Positions 50,061-60,172 of a stretch of DNA of 64,000 bases are shown in pieces. This DNA is from Microthyrium microscopicum (Eukaryota): contig MU004244.1 in assembly GCA_010405405.1 (NCBI GenBank), positions 3,895-67,894 of the forward strand, read 5' to 3'. Under the pieces are notes generated by a model, which searched no databases, had not been told where the DNA came from, and worked only from the letters and a program-made list of their open reading frames with translations. The position numbers and the translations under genes are program-made. Numbering within the stretch: the first letter of the stretch is position 1; every line of letters begins with the position of its first letter.

Positions 50061-50845
50061 TTAGGCAATCGGTGGTCAATTTACCCAAAGGTTGAGCAAT
50101 AAAATACATTTACTGAATAAATATGCGGCTATGATAATGTCTATGCCACGATAGTTGTCGTATTTCTGAGTTATGGCTCCTTACCGGTAGACAAAATAGC
50201 AATCGTACTCTATCGACTTCCATGCTCCCATCTACTGCGTTTTGTTATCCAGTGTTATATTTCCCACCTAAGGCCTTCTTTTACGACCGCTTATCCAATG
50301 CGTTGAAGATTATAGCTTCTTGTTGTTTGAAATGTGAGTAGGAATCATCGAAGCTGAAGGAAGCATGTTGAGTTTTGGCTTGTGTAATGTGAAATCAGAT
50401 CAGACTTGATGTTACACTATTCATGAACGGGAGAATAGGTAAACATGTTTAAGATTGAAAGAATGAAATGGTATCGCAACTGGTCTTCTCACTACTAATC
50501 TCAGCGGGCACTACTCGAATGCTCGTCGTGATTTCGTCTGTACTTCGGGTGGTTTCTTAAAGCCACCTCATAGCTACCGTTCATTCGCTGCCTCCTCGAG
50601 CTCTTTCCCTAAGCCTAAAGCGACTTGATATCACCTCCAACTTCATGAACTTCGATTTTTTTTATCGGGGCCTCATATCTGCGACCTCTATCTCTATATC
50701 TTTCACAACTAACCTGTGCGACTTTCCTTCAACACAACCTACCACAATCCATCTTTTCGCCTCACCTTGTCTTCGTCTAGATCACATCAACTCAATATCC
50801 TCGCTTCAAGTTTAAATTATTCTTGTAGAAGTCTACTGGAAATAA

Positions 50846-51595
50846 ATGCTAGCTCGACTTGAAGAAGAAGCAAAACAGGCGGAGGAAGAGCGCCTCGCTG
50901 CCCTGACGAGCCAACGAATGACCATCGATCCAGCAACTGCCTCCCCTCATATTCCAAGAACCAGATGCATGACACTGGTTCACACTCCGCGCATGAGCAA
51001 TGGATCCTTGGGCCCGATACAGCAATCCGATCTACCAGCCAATCGCACATCTGAAGGACAGCAAGGAGACGGGGAAGCTCAAGCATTCCAGTACCAATCA
51101 TCACAGCCTCAACCATTCCGGTCCGAGCCAATACCGCAGCAACCAATACAGCAGCCTAATCCGGTGTCTACAACACCACTACAGCTAGCTGGGATGACCC
51201 AGCAGCAACTGCTGGAACTTCACTTCTCTGGTCAGCAATTCCCACCACTCCATACACCAAGCTATGCCATGCAACAAATGGGGAGTATCTCCAATCTCCG
51301 GCGATTGTATGAAGCTGAAATATCTCGCTTGTCAATTTTACAAGGCACGATGCAACCAGATTCTACACTACAAGCTCCACCACGCTACGTCTATCCGTAC
51401 CCGAGCAACATAGACGGCTATCCAGCGGTTCGTGAGCACCCATCACTTGCGCGCAATAGTGATAATCGGCCCTCCAATGTTCTTTCTCGGCGTATTCAGC
51501 GGGCATGGGAGTACGATTACGATGAGGAAGATGACAGTGGCCCAGATGCTCCTCTGTCTAGACCTCGGCGGAAAAAGAAGCGTGGTAGCGAGTGA
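50846..51595 (+). CDS. Hypothetical Q/P-rich protein, 249 aa; resembles the post-finger half of member G
   Basis: Charged helix start, Q-rich middle, SNIDGYPAVREHPSLAR (compare G: TDANGRPLYRIDRSVVR), acidic patch and RRKKKR end. Confidence 0.55.
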   Translation: MLARLEEEAKQAEEERLAALTSQRMTIDPATASPHIPRTRCMTLVHTPRMSNGSLGPIQQSDLPANRTSEGQQGDGEAQAFQYQSSQPQPFRSEPIPQQPIQQPNPVSTTPLQLAGMTQQQLLELHFSGQQFPPLHTPSYAMQQMGSISNLRRLYEAEISRLSILQGTMQPDSTLQAPPRYVYPYPSNIDGYPAVREHPSLARNSDNRPSNVLSRRIQRAWEYDYDEEDDSGPDAPLSRPRRKKKRGSE

Positions 51596-52539
51596 TTGCG
51601 GGATTGAAGGTGAATATGAGCGAGCAAAAGATTCACGAGTTTAGAGTGGAAGTGCAGTAAGAAGGAGAAACAGCAGGGATGCTCCTTTGAGGGGGTACAG
51701 AGTGGGAATTACTCGTGGCTGAGTTACCGTGTGGAAACGACAGAAAGTATTGTTGGCAAGAGACGGATAGACGCTGTATTTTAGTGTTATTGCGACTTCA
51801 GAGTCCAGGGGCCAGTCGGAGAAGACAGCCAGTCGGTTCAGGATGAAATAAAAAGTTGTACAAGGCGAGAACGATTGCGGTGTATAATGAATGGCGGGTA
51901 GATAAGGTTTATATCAATCACCAGAAATCAGCTGTACCTCACCGTATGTGCCCGACTTCTCATATCGATGTAATGCCCAAAATTTAAGAAATGTCACAGT
52001 TCACAAAAGCCGCCTAGCTGGGAGGAGACTTCCAGACAGACGGGTACATATTTGGCACGACACTACACGGAGCGAGATTAGTCAGCCCTTACGACTATGA
52101 CCTGCAATATGAGCGTCACCCGTGGATAACGTAAGCTGTCAATGAGAATGTGTAAAATAACGGGGCCATCCTGTTATTTCGCTTGCCGGTTTGCTTTAGC
52201 ATAGACTATCTATGCGCACAAAGAATAAATTATTTGCCATGAGGTATAACGCGTATGACCTCGGAGGCACAGATGCCTGTAAATACAATCCGACGAAGGG
52301 TGTTAAAAAGCAAACATTTTGAAGCGGGTAAGATAACATCACTTTCAACTAAATTTGATTCTAAGAAATTGAGCACATTGAACACCAAAGCATTTATCGA
52401 TAGATTCCAGAAAAGGTGCAAAAATAGTTGTGCAAAGAACTGAAGAGCTAAGTCAGGGCAATGCTCCGTTGATGAATGCATGCAGATAAAATCTGAGGAC
52501 GAAAGAGCCCAAGACAAAAGTACTATAACGGTATCAAAC

Positions 52540-52587
52540 TCAGCCTTATGAAAAACAGGTTTCAGCCTTATGGCGCAACTTCATCTC
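52540..52587 (+). promoter_or_regulatory. Conserved upstream element (2x TCAGCCTTATG + GCGCAACTTCATCTC), ~740 bp upstream of member I
   Basis: Matches the two other copies of the element. Confidence 0.5.
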
Positions 52588-53326
52588 ATCCTGTATGTCC
52601 ACGTTTATTTCGATTGACAAAGAGCAAAACGGTATTTGACATTTTTTTTATTCTTTCGAGGGGGCTCGGCATACTTCGTGCCCCCATGCTCCTCATATCT
52701 TTACCTTTCGCGACATAGAAGCCTGGTGGGCCGGGTCTCGCGCTTTGAGACTAAAACTCCATCGTGATGAGACTTACCACCAGGAACACTGAGCATAACA
52801 GCGAGCAATCTTTAATATCATGAGCCAGCATTCGCTACATCTCAGGGCAGCATTTCAAATCTTTTATTTAGTACCCGGTGTTCTTTGAGTTCTTATATTA
52901 GAAAAGTACTAGCATAACACTAAGGCTACCTCTAAAGAATACCTCCTTTATTCCCCGCTCCATCTAGTCTTAGTCTTCCTTCTAATGTCTTTCATGAAAT
53001 CTCATATCGTTCCATCTAATAACTTCTTTATAGTGCCGAAGAGCCTCCGGGTGGCTCTGCGTTCGGATTTTTATGTTCGTCGTCTTCTAGGTCATAATCC
53101 ATTCACACCTCTTCATCACCACGTCCCGTCAGCATTTTCTTTTTGATAAAAAGTAAGATATCACGCATTACGAACGACTGGCAAGGTTTTTCCTTTCTAT
53201 TTGTCCGTTATTGTGCATTTCACAAATCAGTACCAAGTCTCGCTGCTCAAAGCCTCAGTTCAGCTCGTCAGAAAGGGTAATTCAAAACTCAAATCGCATC
53301 TGCAACAGGTCACTGCACTTACCATC

Positions 53327-54115
53327 ATGACTCCATCAAATCAAGACGAATCGTACTTTCTTAACGGCGAGGATCGTATTGGCGAATTGCCCAACGCTCG
53401 GCCCAACGTCCAACTTCCTCATCCAACCAATGTCGAGGAGCCGCAGAGCCATGGCGGCGCCTATCTAGATCCGCAACAGGATCCTGCTCGTGCTCCTTAC
53501 TATGTCGTGTCTGCGGAGAAGAAACCGGCAATTCTCGCCGATCTGAGCCATGACTATGGCATGCAATCCGATCAGCAACAGGAGGGCCTCTCAGGTCCTT
53601 CTCAATCGGTCCATTCCCGGTACCCTGATCAGTCTCTTTTCGGCGAGCAAGTGCTGGATGAGCACCATCAAGAGATAAACGACATCATCGTCGATTCCAT
53701 CCCTCCGACACATGTGTCCATACCAACTGCAGACGATGCTATTGTCGACATCGCCGCTCAGCCAGGTGCGTCCACACCAAACTCAAATGACTTGCCGGTC
53801 GTGAACATTGGCAATGGCTTCTTTAGGGAGGTCAGCTGCCCACGCTGCAACGGAGGCAACGCTCGCCAGGAAGGCAATCGCCTAATCTTCCTTCGCGGGG
53901 GCCGCGGAGTACAAGAACATATACGTAAAGTGCATAGAGAAAAGCCTGATGTGCCTTGGGAACAGCGAAAGAACTGGGACTGGTTGTTGGCAATCGGTGG
54001 TGGTCGAACCCTCGCGGCCAATCAACTCCACACTATTCAGACGCGTCCCGTTGTCTCAACAATGCCTTCAGCTCCTCCCACCAATGAAGAAGAGGAAAAC
54101 GAGGACGAGAACTGA
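53327..54115 (+). CDS. Atypical zinc-finger family member I (~262 aa, intronless), closest to F
   Basis: LPVVNIGNGFFREVSCPRCNGGNAR...FLRGGRGVQEHIRKVHREKPD...WDW...GGRTL...RPVVST. Confidence 0.78.
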   Translation: MTPSNQDESYFLNGEDRIGELPNARPNVQLPHPTNVEEPQSHGGAYLDPQQDPARAPYYVVSAEKKPAILADLSHDYGMQSDQQQEGLSGPSQSVHSRYPDQSLFGEQVLDEHHQEINDIIVDSIPPTHVSIPTADDAIVDIAAQPGASTPNSNDLPVVNIGNGFFREVSCPRCNGGNARQEGNRLIFLRGGRGVQEHIRKVHREKPDVPWEQRKNWDWLLAIGGGRTLAANQLHTIQTRPVVSTMPSAPPTNEEEENEDEN

Positions 54116-55774
54116 GGCCGCACTATTAATTAAGAGTTGGGAAGAGTAGATGCAAGTGTACGTGAAAACTCACTGGTACAATGCAGAGCATGAGAGCCTT
54201 GAAAAACAAAGGAAAACGAAGAAGAAGACAAAGACGGTGTGGCTTGAAAGTGATCATGGCAATGATGATACATCTGTAGATCCCAAGTGATTCGTCATTT
54301 GTATAGCATTGAATAAAGAATAAAATGACGATAAAACCGAAATCAGGCAGGTGCAACACTGAAGTTGTGGGAAGATATAACAGTAATGGATCCCGCCGAT
54401 TTCGGCATGGAGTTGGGTTCCCAGGTGGGCCACACTCTCCATTTCCCGGATATGGGCCATATCAGTAGCTCCCGCGGTCAGGTTCACAACAACACCGTTT
54501 CTAAATCGACAAACCGCAAGAGTATCAAATGCGCTATGGAGATTTACGAGCTGCTTTGATCAGCTACAACATGATTCACATCACCCCACGTACCATGACT
54601 GTTGATTGGCCTATGTTTAGAAGAGGCTCTACTGTCCATCCTGCTCGAAGATTAGATAGATGTTTCACGTCGGGATGGGCTTTATAGTTGACTGTATTTG
54701 GAAAGTGATATGACAAACATTGCAGTTCAGAGGATCGTCCCAGCGGCTCCCTTGGTTTGGCCCCTGAGAGCATATGATTTGCTTTTACCAACGTCAAATT
54801 AAGCTGTCAAGAGTGATGATGTGCGCTTTCGTAGTATACATCTGAAACGTATAGCCGATGCCCAACGTATTATCTCTCTTTAGCGAGTTCATATAGACGT
54901 CGCAGTTGTTACGAGAAAACAACTGACCTGCACATGACTGGAGTTCTTCAAATACCTGTAAGTGCGATTGTGTCTATTCCGATCACTGGGTCTCCACAAT
55001 CATGCTATGAGGTTTGCAGGATCAAGAGTTGGCCATCGATCAATATGCTCCTCTCGTACATGTACCACTTCGGGCCACAATCTACGCGTGCATATCTTCA
55101 GTCTACTTTCAGGGAGATGAAATGCATTTGTTCGTTCCTGTTGTGTGTTACTGTGATATTCTATATCAGAATCTTGTTCTATGTCCCTACTTCTTCAATA
55201 TCCTGGTACGCCTTTGTACGGACATTTTATAGAAAATCATTTCCTTCGACTTGTTTATCAAGAAGAATGTAGAATCAAACCGGCTGTGTCGAAGCTTCTT
55301 AAGATGAAGTTGTTTCCATGGTAGCAACTCGAGATATCGTGAAGTGACAGCCCATGGAGTTTAGGTGTATCCCAAGTTCACCTCCTTGATACCGCTTTGT
55401 CTACCTCCCTCAAGGCACGCTCCTACCATTTCGAGGACTGCTCCTTCTGCTTCATGAAATGTTACTCCCACGGAAATCACCTTAAACACCCAGTGATCAA
55501 AGTTTAGAGGTCGCGTTTTTCCCACCTAGCGTCAGAGTCCTCGACCTCGAATTTATATAACCTTCAGTCTGCAGTCAACTCAAACCTTTTCCACCACACT
55601 CTCCAACTTCCATCGTCTCTCCAACCTCAAATTTCAACCAAACCACCAAGCTCGGATTCACAACGCGTCAAATCATATTCCGGATACCTTTCAACGAATC
55701 GAAATCTCCTCTCGTTCGTCACGAGCAATTCTATTGCCTGATCAAACAAACACCCATTCCTGCTCGTCGTCGAG

Positions 55775-57082
55775 ATGAACCGCGCTACTGCAAACCGAGC
55801 TCCAGCGGCTAACCTGCCTACTTTGCCTCAAAATCAGTCGACTGCGACAGCCCAAGCTCCAACTGTTGCTGTTCATAGTGCAGCTTCGAGCAATACCCGC
55901 GCCATACTTGGCTACAATCGCAAGGGTGAACCGGTTTATGTGCCTCCTACATCCGTCACTCAGCAAATCAATCGACGTCAACCAGCACCAACTGCAATGG
56001 TCGACATGCCGAACGCATCTAACTTACCCATATCGCACCTTCCCGTACTACAGCTGCCGAACGGGGACCTACAAACCTTCCGCTGTCCAGTGGTTTCCTG
56101 TCGTGGCAATGCCCGCCGTGTCCCGGGTACAGCAACCACCAACGATCGACTCGAATTTTTCAAGCATGCAAAAGGCGTTCAGGAACATCTCTGGGATTCG
56201 CATGGGCTTCATCCCACTCATGCCGATGGGCAACCACTTCCCAAAAGTCACCCAAAGCGGAAGCTCTATGCTTGGCTTCGGGCGAAAGCTGGAGACATCG
56301 TCATTCCAGCAGCTCAGAAAGGGACACTGATTGCGATTGAGGCAGACTCTCACATTACTCCTGTAGCTGAGGAAGAGCGGCGCCTTGGTAGAGAGAAGAT
56401 CAAAGCAAAGAAAGAGGCTAAGCGTCTTGAGAAGTTAGCTCAGGAGGCTCGTGCCAAAGCTCGGCAGGATTGGTTCCACCAACAGGCTATTATGCATCAA
56501 CATATGTTCAATCGACAGCTGGCTTACATGCGAAATCAAGCCTACTTGCAATCCCAAAACTACGCTCAACAGCAAGATCACATCCAACACTACTCTAATG
56601 CTCCTCCTGGAACTGGCCATGCTGTGGGTTTAAACACTATGCCACAAAACCGAAATTTACCACAACACTTCACTATGCCACCGACGCAACCTGCCCGAAT
56701 GGCCTCTCCGAACATGCAACAAGGAACCATGATGGGTGAAGGAGTACACCAAGGTGGAGTCCTTAACCTCCAAATGCATCCATATGCGACATACGTTGCT
56801 GCACAAGGAAGCAATTTACAAGGATACACAAATGCACCAATTCACCCGCCGGTTCCTGCTTCTACCGGGAATGCAAACTCCACTACTCTCGCTCAGCACC
56901 GTAAGCATGCCCGTGAAGAGGAGGAATCCTACAACGACCTTGAAAACGACGTCCATGGCCCATGGGCGAAGAAGGTGAAGCAGGGTGACTATGACGATTC
57001 TGACGATTCCGACGGTTCTGAGGATTCCAAAGATTATGAGGATTCTGAGGATTATGAGGATTATGACGATCACGAGAATTAG
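55775..57082 (+). CDS. Atypical zinc-finger family member J (435 aa, intronless), closest to G
   Basis: LPVLQLPNGDLQTFRCPVVSCRGNARRVPG...FFKHAKGVQEHLWDSH; KAKKEAKR helix, Q-rich region, D/S/E/Y repeat tail. Confidence 0.8.
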   Translation: MNRATANRAPAANLPTLPQNQSTATAQAPTVAVHSAASSNTRAILGYNRKGEPVYVPPTSVTQQINRRQPAPTAMVDMPNASNLPISHLPVLQLPNGDLQTFRCPVVSCRGNARRVPGTATTNDRLEFFKHAKGVQEHLWDSHGLHPTHADGQPLPKSHPKRKLYAWLRAKAGDIVIPAAQKGTLIAIEADSHITPVAEEERRLGREKIKAKKEAKRLEKLAQEARAKARQDWFHQQAIMHQHMFNRQLAYMRNQAYLQSQNYAQQQDHIQHYSNAPPGTGHAVGLNTMPQNRNLPQHFTMPPTQPARMASPNMQQGTMMGEGVHQGGVLNLQMHPYATYVAAQGSNLQGYTNAPIHPPVPASTGNANSTTLAQHRKHAREEEESYNDLENDVHGPWAKKVKQGDYDDSDDSDGSEDSKDYEDSEDYEDYDDHEN

Positions 57083-59322
57083 GAGTACTGTGAGACTTGT
57101 GGAGATATGCATAATGATGCAGGCGCAATGGAGAAGCCAGCTTACTAAGTAAAGAATGGGCAAGTCTGAAAGTTTGCCTGAAGGAGAGAGATCACAGCTT
57201 GCCAGGTCTATCTTGGCCAAGTTTGATGAATGAGTCTACTCAAAAAGGGAAAAAGAGCTCGCCAAGAGCAAGATGGGCTAGGCGGTCGAAAGAGAACGAG
57301 CGAATTGCAGGACCGGATACTGCACGGTAATGGTGTTGTGAATTGTTTACATATACCCCTTTGTTAGCACGAGACCAGAAGTCTTTGTAGGCTTTTTACG
57401 CTTTGGAGTGTCGTTGTACGGTGAAGATGTGTAAGATAGAAGGTTAATTAAATTGTACTTGTTTAAACCATAACTACAACATCTGCTCAGCTAATACCTA
57501 AGTAAGTATTTGACAAGTCCCGTTGATGGGAGTTCTCTCATATCTTAAAGGTCTACATCAATGAACTCAATTTTTGAAGTGAGAAGAGGTTCTGTTCTTT
57601 ACAAATTGACCTTGGCAATCATTGTCCAGATAATGAATATTTCCGATCTCAAGGTAAATGATTGTAGACACGTAGTCTTCGACAATACTGCGATAGCCAT
57701 TCTTGACGCTGACTTCAACACAGGTCAATCATCAGTGATCTTATTTCTCAAACTGTAATGATTACACGCCTCTCATGTTTCATCCTTCATCAGTTGTTGT
57801 CTCCAGTATAATGTCCTTGCTTCGCTAGCACCTTTCTCCCGATAGCAGACGGCAATACTCTTTTCTAACATGCAACTAAATAACATACCCTCGTAAGCGA
57901 CGGTGTCTGCCACCCCCTATTTTAGAAGTACCATGCCATACTTCCCATAGTTTCTGTTACTTTGTGCCACATTCACAAAGAAGCTGACGGATACAGTCCT
58001 TCATAGAGCGCACAAGACTCTGAGTACATCCTAAGCGATTGGATAGCCTGTAATGCGCCTTTGTTTCAACGAGCCAATCACATCCTTGTTGTATCCTCAG
58101 CCTAATAGATCCTTGCAAAAGGCTAGAAGTTGAGGATGAACTTTTGAATATATATTATCTGAAGAGCTTCACAGATAACGTCAAACTGTTGTCATAGAAC
58201 AATTCTAGGTTGAAAGACCCCGGCTGTGGATTTGATTTCAACATACAGATATTCAGATAACTTGACTTTTAGTGCTTAAACACCAGAAACGAGGTCATCA
58301 AATAAAATCCGACGAAGTCAATGATTCAAGTAAAATCTTGCTGTGCGAACAAATTGTCTACTTGTTCAAGTACTTCTGAGGAATTTCTGATTCAAAGACT
58401 GGGAACTTTTCATCCGTTATATTTCTATAATATTACTAATGTGCATAGAGCTCCTAGTTATCCCGTATCACGAAATGGCCTACTAGCATCACAAAACTGC
58501 TCATACTCTACATTTCATCGTCCAAGGTCTAGAAGCCACTGTCGGTCTGTCTCCATGATTTTACTAAGTTTTTGTCAAGCTACCATTGACCTCGTTCGAC
58601 GAGAATAATGTAAGGTGTGAGTGCTGGGCACGAAATATGGATCCTCATTATGGGCAAAGGAGAACCGCTTCAAAATTAAAAGCATGTGCTTGAAAAGGAT
58701 CAATTGGTCTTGTGCGAATTGTTAGGTAATGCTTCGGTTTCACACTCCCTACAGGGTCATTGAGAAAGCATTACGCCAATAAACGTAATAGTTGCATCCT
58801 CGGCGTCAAACTCTTTACACGCACAAACTTGGTTGGACAACAGGCAAGTAACGACAGACGTCAATCCGGGGTACGGAGAAGAGTTTGAAGGCTGTCGGAG
58901 CTGGCCGAACTTACAAAGCAGCTCGAACATCGCTCGAGACGCGTAGAGTTTCCATATTAAGTTAGGTTATGAAGGTCTCCTGCCAAACAGAGGATAAAGT
59001 TTTCAGCGCTAGTGTCTCTAGCGTCTGGGTACTGCCTCGTCTATTACTCGATACCCGCTGCTAGCCACCAATAGAATCGTCGAGCATTACATGTATTACT
59101 CGATCGTAACTACCCTTTTAGTCCAGACAATCAGATGCTTCATGCAAATTTTCTGGCCATTTCTCTATATAAGAGCCCAGAGGGTTCAGCAATTTCTCAT
59201 TTCTCATCATCACAACAAGAAGTCATTCAAGCAATACAGTCTACCCATTATCATCAATACATTCCAATCAATTCAATTTTCTCTCACAAGCATCAACCTA
59301 TTCAAAACCACAAAACTTCAGA

Positions 59323-59559
59323 ATGCACGCCCCAATCCCACCACCACGCCGCTCTCCTCAAGCCATCGAAGACTCTCGACGCAGCTCTGCCTCCTCCACC
59401 AGCTCCGTCAAGAGCGCAGTTCAATGGGTTGCCAACAAATACCGCGACCACGATTCTTCTCTCAAGTCTGTCTGGCAAGCACACTGCCATGTCACACCAA
59501 ACCAGAAGGCTGCCTATGAGGCTCAGCAAAGCCGCAAAAACTCTATGGCATCACAGTAA
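59323..59559 (+). CDS. Small hypothetical Ser-rich protein, 78 aa
   Basis: TATATAA at ~59166, CA-rich leader, ATG start; RRSSASSTSS and RKNS basic-Ser motifs. Confidence 0.55.
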   Translation: MHAPIPPPRRSPQAIEDSRRSSASSTSSVKSAVQWVANKYRDHDSSLKSVWQAHCHVTPNQKAAYEAQQSRKNSMASQ

Positions 59560-60172
59560 AGGCCTCACAGCACATTTGCAAGACCCGGATTGCAGATTGA
59601 GGAGGACATTCGGATCTTGAGCATGGACAGCGGAAGTGATTGCGAGGAACATCAAGCATATGGGACCCAGGCGCAGCATAACTTATACCCACTTCACGAA
59701 TTGTGCATGAGACACGATTGACAGCATTGCATTTCAGACAGACTAATAGATAATAATTTCATAAAAGTACTTCAACTTACTCGCTTCTTGATCTTCCTGT
59801 GACCTTGGTTGTTCTTTGACAGATATACTATTACTGGTTCCAAATGTCGCTAATAGAGTCAGGCTTTCATATCTAGAATGAAAGGAATTTACCATTTACC
59901 CACTGCGTCTGACAAGAGTGATTTGCGCCTTGAAGTGAGCATTGTGCATCACTGGAAAGGCAGTACCTTGTCGGCTGATGGCATGGCTTTTTTTCAACGT
60001 GTACAGAGTCAAGGATCTGGAGATTTTGATTGCTTGAGAGATGCTTTCGCAGCTCACAAATCTCGTTTTGGTACTGACTTCTACAACATGAATATAAAGT
60101 TCAGCAGTACTCTATCATTCAGCAATGATTACTGGTAATTCCTCTTCCGCCGACTGTCCTTGAGCACTCCAT

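Noticed and set aside
13172..57082. Finger genes as hAT transposase fragments
   Set aside because: No DDE/RNase H or hAT dimerisation domain follows any finger, and no terminal inverted repeats were seen.
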